DNA from: Methylorubrum extorquens
GTDB lineage: Bacteria; Pseudomonadota; Alphaproteobacteria; Rhizobiales; Beijerinckiaceae
NCBI GenBank assembly: GCA_900234795.1
Contig: LT962688.1
Location: 1,680,001-1,712,000 of the forward strand
Reading direction: 5' to 3'
Length of the DNA: 32,000 nt
Made by a program: the position numbers and the translations under genes. Under the pieces are notes generated by a model. The model worked only from the letters and a program-made list of their open reading frames with translations, was not told the origin of the DNA and ran no database searches. This document shows positions 26,652 to 32,000 of this stretch, piece by piece. Every line of letters begins with the position of its first letter. The first letter of the stretch is position 1.

Positions 26652-27179
26652 CTACCAGCACACCCGCGGCAAGCGCCGCTTCCACCGCTCACCCAGGCGC
26701 AGCGTCTCGCTGCCTGCCCTGTCCGGGCGGCGGCGGCCGACGATGGGGGTTGCCTCCGTCACGGGCTGAGGCGGCTCCGGGACCGCCTGTTCGACGACCT
26801 CCTCGACGGCATTCGGGATCGGCACCTTCCGCGGCCTACCCCGGCGACGCGGGGCGTCCTCTGGTGCGGTGCTGGGCGGCGCAACCCGGCGAACGCGAGG
26901 AAGCACCTCGGGCTCGATCCCGGGTTCCACTTCGGGCTCCTGAACCTCCGCGACGAGGAGGCTCGGCAGGATGCGGCGATGCTCGGACGGCGCCTCGTCA
27001 GCCGACGTCGGAACGCTCGGCGCGGCGGCCTCGAGCGAGGGCCACAGGGCCGCGGCCTTGGCGTGTCCCGCCTGCTTTTGCGTCTCCCGCGGCAGCTTCG
27101 AGGGGATGGAGACGAAGCGAGCTTGGCCGTTCGACTTGGCTTCGACGGTGAACGGTCGCCGAACGCGGTTGCGCAACAT
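26652..27179 (-). CDS. hypothetical Pro/Glu-rich protein with AT-hook-like RRRGRPRKVP motif
   Basis: Trimmed to MLRNRVRRPFTVEAKSNGQ.. (175 aa). The antisense + ORF 26625..27458 is Arg/Leu-rich and judged a shadow ORF. The strand call is not certain. Confidence 0.45.
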   Translation of the reverse strand: MLRNRVRRPFTVEAKSNGQARFVSIPSKLPRETQKQAGHAKAAALWPSLEAAAPSVPTSADEAPSEHRRILPSLLVAEVQEPEVEPGIEPEVLPRVRRVAPPSTAPEDAPRRRGRPRKVPIPNAVEEVVEQAVPEPPQPVTEATPIVGRRRPDRAGSETLRLGERWKRRLPRVCW

Positions 27180-27460
27180 ACCGATCCTGATGCTGGGAGC
27201 TTGGGTTTCTGTTCGAAACACCTTGCGCCCGCACATGCCGTGCCACGAAGTGTTTGTCGAGGCCGAGGAACATCAAGCCTTCATGAGGAGGTGCCTCGGC
27301 GAGGGACCGGATGGTCTCAACGTTCCGATCGGGCAGGCTTCGATCTGGCGGAAGGGGCGAGACATTCCGAGCCCCTCATCAAAATCATATCCATCGATGA
27401 TTTGATCTGGCCTGATGGCTCGGACTGGAGCGCTTCACTGTCGCGTGTGGCTTGCTGAGC

Positions 27461-27485
27461 GGGAGGGCATAGTGAGCGCCCTCCC
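27461..27485 (-). terminator. 8-bp GC hairpin 18 nt downstream of the His-rich peptide gene
   Basis: GGGAGGGC-atagtgagc-GCCCTCCC, with no clear U-tract. Confidence 0.3.
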
Positions 27486-27503
27486 CTTCATCACATGCGC
27501 CGG

Positions 27504-27719
27504 TTACATCCGGTGACGCATCGACCGGTGATGGTGCCGATGCATCATCCGCTTGCGCATCATGTGCCGGTGCATCATCCGCCGCTCGTGGTGGGACATG
27601 CGAGCCTGCGTGACGCTGCTGTCGGCTTGGATGCCAGCGGGTGCAATCGGCGCCGCCGATGCGGTGCCGGCCGTAAAGCCTCCGAGCAGGATTGCCAGCG
27701 CGAGCGTGGTCTTCTTCAT
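27504..27719 (-). CDS. secreted His/Met/Arg-rich peptide (hypothetical, possible periplasmic metal binder)
   Basis: AAGGAG lies 6 nt upstream of the second ATG. Product: MKKTTLALAILLGGFTAGTASA (signal peptide), then ..MSHHERRMMHRHMMRKRMMHRHHHRSMRHRM. In the last 31 residues I counted 9 H, 9 M and 9 R. Confidence 0.6.
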   Translation of the reverse strand: MKKTTLALAILLGGFTAGTASAAPIAPAGIQADSSVTQARMSHHERRMMHRHMMRKRMMHRHHHRSMRHRM

Positions 27720-27962
27720 CACCATCTCCTTGGGAGCTTAGGGCCGTCCCAGGCAGGGTGGATAGGTGATTATCCTAGGCCAGGGTTCCCACCCGAGGGA
27801 ATTTTCCTCCAACGACAGGAGCCAAGGAGCGCCCCCGCCGGGATTACGCTCGCTGGCCCCTAAAGCCGTCTCCGACCCCATTGCATCAGACCGGCGTCTC
27901 TCAGTCTTTGTTTTGATCCGCTTTCTTTCGCCGAACCGGCGTCCACTTCGTCGGAAAGCGCT

Positions 27963-28202
27963 CTAACGCTTCTTGCCCAGCTCCGCCGCGATGTCCTTGG
28001 TCATGCGGCCGACCTTTCGGTGGGCTGCGGTGAGCTGGTCCTGGGTGACGCCCCAGCGCTTCATCCAGAACTCGACCGCTTTGCGCTCGCTGAGGTCGAG
28101 ACGGTCCTTGTCGATGAAACCGCGCTTGTCCTTGAGGCCAGCCATGAATGATCCCGTGAGGTCGTCGGAGGGCGTCGGATTGGATGAGGTGGGCAACGCC
28201 AT
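27963..28202 (-). CDS. DUF3606-like small protein
   Basis: ..DKDRLDLSERKAVEFWMKRWGVTQDQLTAAHRKVGRMTKDIAAEL.. fits the remembered DUF3606 pattern (D..RI....E.E..YW..K.GV....L..AV..VG.....V...L). An alternative start is at 28145. Confidence 0.65.
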   Translation of the reverse strand: MALPTSSNPTPSDDLTGSFMAGLKDKRGFIDKDRLDLSERKAVEFWMKRWGVTQDQLTAAHRKVGRMTKDIAAELGKKR

Positions 28203-28404
28203 CCGTATCTCAAGGCGCCTGCGGAGTTATACCCGAAGGCAATCCCCTTCTGCCCGCTGCGGCCGCCTGGGATTGCCTCACGCAGCTCGGGAAACGTCCA
28301 AGCGCGGCACGAGCAGGGGCCCGTTGGGCGGCGAGCGCGGCGGGTTTCGAGGCCCATCGGAGAGGGGCACCTGTCGCATAGGTGCCTGCCAACCCTCTGT
28401 CAGC

Positions 28405-28638
28405 TAACGCGTCTTGCCGGATCAGGTACTTGAACGCCGTCTGGCGGAAGAGGTGGGACATTCCGAGCTGCCGTTGAAACTCGTTTCTTGTCAATTACTT
28501 AGTGGTTGCGAAGGCGCGCTTCTGTAGCGTGAAACTGTAGCACCGGCTTGCGCCTGTCAGGCAGGCGGGAAGGGTGGCTTCCTGCCTCGCGAGGGTCAAC
28601 CTGAGGGTAACGCCAAGCCCGACTCCGTTTGAAGGCGC
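28405..28638 (-). pseudogene. decayed C-terminal fragment of a tyrosine recombinase/integrase (tentative)
   Basis: My own minus-strand translation gives ..LTGASRCYSFTLQKRAFATTK*LTRNEFQRQLGMSHLFRQTAFKYLIRQD... Compare the integrase box II pattern H.LRHTFAT.L...G.....IQ..LGHSS...T..YTH. There is an in-frame TAA (28495-28497), the LGH His is replaced by Met, and there is no N-terminal part. Confidence 0.3.
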
Positions 28639-28651
28639 CTATTCGGCATTG

Positions 28652-29620
28652 TTACGATAAGAGCCAGATTCCAGCATGAATTGCGAATTGTTTGCCGAAC
28701 TCTGTCGACTTATACACGTCAACGCTATGAATGGTTCCGCCGCTGTGTTCCTGGGTTCTCTCAACATCCAGCAAATTGTAGGCCGCATACTCTCCTAGTA
28801 GGTTTATGACGGAGTTCCTGTGATTGTCCTTGATACCAAGTGAAACGTTGACGGCCTTCATCGCAGTCCATAATTTACAGCCCGTCGAAAATGATCTATT
28901 TATTTCATGGAAAAGCAGCAGCATGCTGACCTCATCGTCAATTTCGATGTTGTCTGGAAAAAAAGATGCTGCCATTGTTTCGGATAGAATTTTGATCCTG
29001 TGCTCAATGTCTGCCGAAAGTTTCGGTTCAGAGACCTGCTGCCGGAGATCTTCAACGGCCTTTTGAAGGTTCCTCTTCTCCTCCGAAAGCTTTGCAATTT
29101 CGTTTAATGCCGCTGGAGTTGCAGCTGTATCAGCTCTAACCCAGCCCGTCCTTGGTCGGTGGCGTGTTAATTCGACTAACGAAGATATCACTTTCGATCC
29201 AAGATCGTCGGAGTTTTTCCAAAATTTGACCAATTTTTGTGAGCAAATATCTCTAAATTTATTTAGCGTATCTTTCTTTTCAAACTCGATCTTGCTTTGG
29301 GGCCATGAAGCCCTTGCTGCCTCGTGAAGAAGAAAGGCTATGGTGGGCACGCCACGGGCAACTGCATATTCGTATTCCATTTGCGTAAAACTTTTTCCGT
29401 CTTGCTCGGCGCCGTAGCGCTCAGCAACAATGACGACGTAATAGTCGCACTCATCAATTCTCTGCTTAATGTAATTCCATTGAGAATCGTCGCTTGCCTG
29501 AAATAGTTCCATGCCGACTGGAATGTGTCCAAGGTTAAGAACTTGCTCGATGGCAACTCTGCGCTCAAGTTCAAGATCTTGAAATGTTGAACTTACAAAA
29601 ATTTGGTACTTCTTTTCCAT
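28652..29620 (-). CDS. DUF4062-like (TIR/nucleoside-deoxyribosyltransferase-like fold) protein with coiled-coil and unknown C-terminal domain; low-GC foreign gene
   Basis: 322 aa. The N-terminus is MEKKYQIFVSSTFQDLELERRVAIEQVL..GHIPVGMELF..YIKQRIDECDYYVVIVAERYG..SFTQMEYEYAVARGVPTIAFLL (remembered DUF4062 signature: IF[IV]SSTF.DL..ER). It has a coiled-coil (..LSEEKRNLQKAVEDLRQQ..). GC is by eye about 40-45% against about 70% in the flanks. TATAAT (complement of 29640-29645) lies upstream. Confidence 0.75.
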   Translation of the reverse strand: MEKKYQIFVSSTFQDLELERRVAIEQVLNLGHIPVGMELFQASDDSQWNYIKQRIDECDYYVVIVAERYGAEQDGKSFTQMEYEYAVARGVPTIAFLLHEAARASWPQSKIEFEKKDTLNKFRDICSQKLVKFWKNSDDLGSKVISSLVELTRHRPRTGWVRADTAATPAALNEIAKLSEEKRNLQKAVEDLRQQVSEPKLSADIEHRIKILSETMAASFFPDNIEIDDEVSMLLLFHEINRSFSTGCKLWTAMKAVNVSLGIKDNHRNSVINLLGEYAAYNLLDVERTQEHSGGTIHSVDVYKSTEFGKQFAIHAGIWLLS

Positions 29621-30042
29621 ATTGATAGCTCTATTGTAAATTATATTTCTGGCAGTTCGTCTAGATGTGACCTATACATTTACCGGTGCGATGAGGAGGC
29701 CCAGGCGTAGAACCACGAGGTGCAACGACGAAGAGCTTCTTCTAGCAAGCGCATCCAACCTGAACCCTAAACAGCTACGCTCTGCATAGCAGGCAGAACG
29801 GCAAGGACCTGAAATATTTTCGGCAAAAATCTGAGGGGGCATCGATCTAGCGGCACGCGCGCAATTCCCCCCGCGCCCCCTGGGGTGCCCACCTCCGCCC
29901 GCCCAGGCACGCGCCCGCCCGCGGCATTGAGCACGCCCGCACAGGCGCGTTCAGCGGCGCGTGAGCGCGCGCGGTGACGGCACCTTCAGAAAGCGGTTCG
30001 GGAGGTAGAGGCCGCCGTCTCCAGCAGCCCCCGGTCCTCAGC

Positions 30043-30327
30043 TCAACGGCCTCCGCTCGACCCGGACGAAGAGCCTCCGCCCTCGCCCTTGAAGCCGGCC
30101 GCGTTGGGCGAGCCCTGCATGCGCCCGTCCTGCTTCTTCATCTCTTGGCCCGGTGCGGTGCTCGATGCGCCCGGTCCCGTCGTCCCGGTGGTATCCTTCT
30201 TGTCGAACCCGGCAGCGTTCGGTGAGCCCTGCATACGGCCTTCACCCTTTCCCGAGCTGTCGCCTGCCCACGCGGCGGTGCTCATCGCCAGCATGCCGGC
30301 TGCAATGACCAAGGCGGTGTTTCGCAT
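30043..30327 (-). CDS. small secreted Gly-rich protein with duplicated GRMQGSPNAAGF motif
   Basis: AGGAG lies 6 nt upstream of the ATG (complement of 30325-30327). The signal peptide is MRNTALVIAAGMLAMSTAAWA. The two 36-nt repeat copies (30091-30126, 30205-30240) differ at 6 nt, all synonymous, which supports translation. Confidence 0.7.
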   Translation of the reverse strand: MRNTALVIAAGMLAMSTAAWAGDSSGKGEGRMQGSPNAAGFDKKDTTGTTGPGASSTAPGQEMKKQDGRMQGSPNAAGFKGEGGGSSSGSSGGR

Positions 30328-30513
30328 AGCCATCTCCTGATGCGTTTCCTCGCCGCCATCTTCCGAGCGGCTTCGAGTAACCTCGGGCGGATGGCTGGCG
30401 TTCATCGCGGAGCCGGCGTTCCATTAGGGCAAGCTCCTGCGGAACGTTCCACGATGTCACCGGAGCGGTTCCAAAAGAATGGTATTGCATTTCGGAACGG
30501 CTGATGGTTCTAT

Positions 30514-30537
30514 TGATCTGCCCCCACCGGGTGGTCC
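30514..30537. repeat. IS3-family element left terminal inverted repeat
   Basis: See the mobile_element entry; aligned by eye to the reverse complement of 31771-31795. Confidence 0.7.
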
Positions 30538-30547
30538 AGGCATAGAG

Positions 30548-31732
30548 TTAGTGCACGGTTGGCCTTTGCTCCACGGGTCGCTTGGCCGGCGGAGCCGGTG
30601 GGGTGAGCGCAGCCGGCCAAGCGGTGAACGCGGGTAAGAAGACCTCTGGCGCGGGCGGCCGATAGCCGAGTGCGCCATGCGGGCGGACGGTGTTGTAGTG
30701 CCGCTGCCAGCTCTCGATCAGGATCTGCGCCTCCCGCAAGCTATAGAAGATCTCTCCGTCCAGCAGTTCGTCGCGTAGCCGTGCGTTGAAGCTTTCGACG
30801 AAGCCATTTTCCCAGGGCGATCCTGGCGCGATGTAGGCCGTCTTCGCGCCCACCCCCATGATCCAAGCCTGCACGCTCTTGGCCACGAACTCAGGGCCAT
30901 TGTCCGAGCGAACATGCTCGGGCACGCCGCGCAGTATGAACAGGTCGGACAAGACGTCGATCACGTCGACTGCCTTGAGCTTGCGTGCGACCCGGATCGC
31001 CAAGCACTCGCGGGTGAACTCGTCAATCACGTTGAGCATGCGCACCTTCCGGCCATCGTGGGTGCGCGCTTCGACGAAGTCGTAGGACCAGACGTGGTCG
31101 CGCCGCTCAGGCCGCAGCCGCAAGCAGGAGCCGTCGTTGTCCCAGAGGCGCCCGCGCTTGGGTTGGCGGGTCGGCACCTTCAGCCCTTCACGCCGCCAAA
31201 TCCGCTCGACGCGCTTGTCGTTGACGAACCAGCCGGCGGCCTTCAGCAGCGCGCAGATCTTGCGGTAACCGTAGCGGCCATACCGCTCGGCCAACGCGAC
31301 GAGGTCGGCGGTGAGCGCGGCCTCATCCTCCCGGCCCCGCGGCACCTTGCGCTGCGTCGAGCGATGCTGACCGAGCGCCCGGCAGGTGCGCCGCTCGGAG
31401 ACGTTCATCGTCAGCATGATGTGCTCGACACAGGCGCGTCGGCGCGCGGGGCTCAGAAGTTTCCCCCGTGCCGCCTCCTGCAGGATGAGCTTGTCGAGCG
31501 TCAGGTCTGCAATCGCCTTCCTGAGCCGCTGGTTCTCCGTCTCCAGGTCCTTCATGCGCCGGACCTGATCGGTCTTCAGCCCGCCGAACTCACGACGCCA
31601 GCGGTAGTAGGTAACCTCGCTCACGCCGATCGCCCGGATTGCCTCCGCCACGCTCGTACCTTGACCGATCAGCACGTCGGCTTGGCGCAGCTTCGCGACA
31701 ATCTCCTCAGGCTTGGGTCGCTTCCTCGACAT
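30548..31732 (-). CDS. IS3-family transposase (fused OrfAB form, HTH + DDE/rve integrase core)
   Basis: Trimmed to MSRKRPKPEEIVAKLRQADVL.. (AGGAGGA RBS), 394 aa. It has an N-terminal HTH/leucine zipper (..ETENQRLRKAIADLTLDKLILQEA..) and an rve core (..VWSYDFV..SDNGPEF..SPWENGFVESFNARLRDE..). No frameshift is needed. Confidence 0.9.
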   Translation of the reverse strand: MSRKRPKPEEIVAKLRQADVLIGQGTSVAEAIRAIGVSEVTYYRWRREFGGLKTDQVRRMKDLETENQRLRKAIADLTLDKLILQEAARGKLLSPARRRACVEHIMLTMNVSERRTCRALGQHRSTQRKVPRGREDEAALTADLVALAERYGRYGYRKICALLKAAGWFVNDKRVERIWRREGLKVPTRQPKRGRLWDNDGSCLRLRPERRDHVWSYDFVEARTHDGRKVRMLNVIDEFTRECLAIRVARKLKAVDVIDVLSDLFILRGVPEHVRSDNGPEFVAKSVQAWIMGVGAKTAYIAPGSPWENGFVESFNARLRDELLDGEIFYSLREAQILIESWQRHYNTVRPHGALGYRPPAPEVFLPAFTAWPAALTPPAPPAKRPVEQRPTVH

Positions 31733-31770
31733 CGATCCGTCCTCCTGGCTCGAAAGCCATACTAAAGGGC

Positions 31771-31795
31771 GGACCACTCCGCTGGGGGCGGATCA
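31771..31795. repeat. IS3-family element right terminal inverted repeat
   Basis: See the mobile_element entry. Confidence 0.7.
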
Positions 31796-32000
31796 ATGCG
31801 CCGGAGCGGCGGGCTGCGCGGCTACGACAGCGGCGGGATCGTTGGCCGCGACGCCTTCACGAGGCCAAGCGCGGCTGCGATGCGTCCGGCCAACGGCAAT
31901 GGGGTGCCGAGCATCAACTTCATCGACCAGCGTCCGGCCGGATCACCTGAGATGGAGCCGGCTGTAAAGCGCCGCTCGGATGGCAGCCTTGATGTGATCG

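Larger units (their letters stand above)
30514..31795 (-). mobile_element. IS3-family insertion sequence, 1282 bp, apparently intact
   Basis: Terminal inverted repeats TGATCTGCCCCCACCGGGTGGTCC (30514-30537) and GGACCACTCCGCTGGGGGCGGATCA (31771-31795) align with 2 mismatches and 1 indel. The TG...CA ends enclose a single transposase ORF. Confidence 0.85.

Noticed and set aside
26625-27458. 277-aa plus-strand ORF covering 26652..27179 and the following intergenic region.
   Set aside because: Its Arg/Leu/Gly-rich composition is typical of an antisense frame, and the minus-strand frame has a plausible SD and protein-like features. It is kept only as an alternative (see the finding).
27973-28407. 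144-aa plus-strand ORF and the 94-aa minus-strand ORF 28210..28494 taken as intact genes.
   Set aside because: The plus ORF is antisense to the DUF3606-like gene. The 5' part of the minus ORF is interpreted as part of a decayed integrase fragment, and its 3' part is Ala/Arg-rich read-through.
31796-32000. Plus-strand frame open from ATG 31796 to the window end (MRRSGGLRGYDSGGIVGRDAF...) and short minus-strand frames ending at about 31830 and 31946.
   Set aside because: The sequence is too short and lacks a recognisable motif, the competing frames have similar GC3, and the region is truncated by the window edge. It is not called as a gene.
1-32000. Scan for CRISPR arrays, tRNA/rRNA genes, and long tandem or interspersed repeats.
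   Set aside because: I saw no regularly spaced direct repeats, no cloverleaf-like tRNA candidates with a GTTCGAATC-type T-arm, and no rRNA-like stretches. The only repeats seen are those listed (palindrome, IS IRs, short in-gene duplications).

Overview
This is a high-GC (by eye about 70%) proteobacterial chromosome segment, probably alphaproteobacterial or Rhizobiales-like, with three parts. (1) 1-11.9 kb is a glycine-betaine/sarcosine catabolic cluster. It holds sdaA (partial), the soxBDAG heterotetrameric sarcosine oxidase, a divergent GATase1-AraC regulator, an outer-membrane porin, and a proVWX-type betaine ABC importer whose permease carries a 1-nt homopolymer frameshift. (2) 12.4-25.8 kb (plus strand) is a 13-kb guanidine-utilisation locus that the ORF track alone does not reveal. 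In order it contains a guanidine-I (ykkC) riboswitch aptamer, a NitT/TauT-type ABC importer, and a translationally coupled trio (creatininase-family hydrolase, glutamine-synthetase-like ligase, DUF861 cupin) that is not part of the known guanidine pathway. These are followed by a 114-bp nested palindrome, a candidate guanidine-II (mini-ykkC) riboswitch, two DUF1989 genes (carboxyguanidine-deiminase-like), a 1176-aa biotin carboxylase of the urea/guanidine carboxylase type, and allophanate hydrolase. The best candidate for something new is the trio wired into an operon that carries two different guanidine riboswitch classes. (3) 25.9-32 kb is an accessory patchwork. It has small orphan genes (DUF6894-like, DUF3606-like, an AT-hook protein, a secreted His/Met/Arg-rich peptide, a secreted Gly-rich repeat protein). 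It also has a ~1.2-kb low-GC (about 40-45%) insert encoding a DUF4062-like protein next to a decayed tyrosine-recombinase remnant, and a complete 1282-bp IS3-family element. I saw no rRNA, tRNA or CRISPR array. All family assignments come from reading motifs by eye and from memory; no searches were run.
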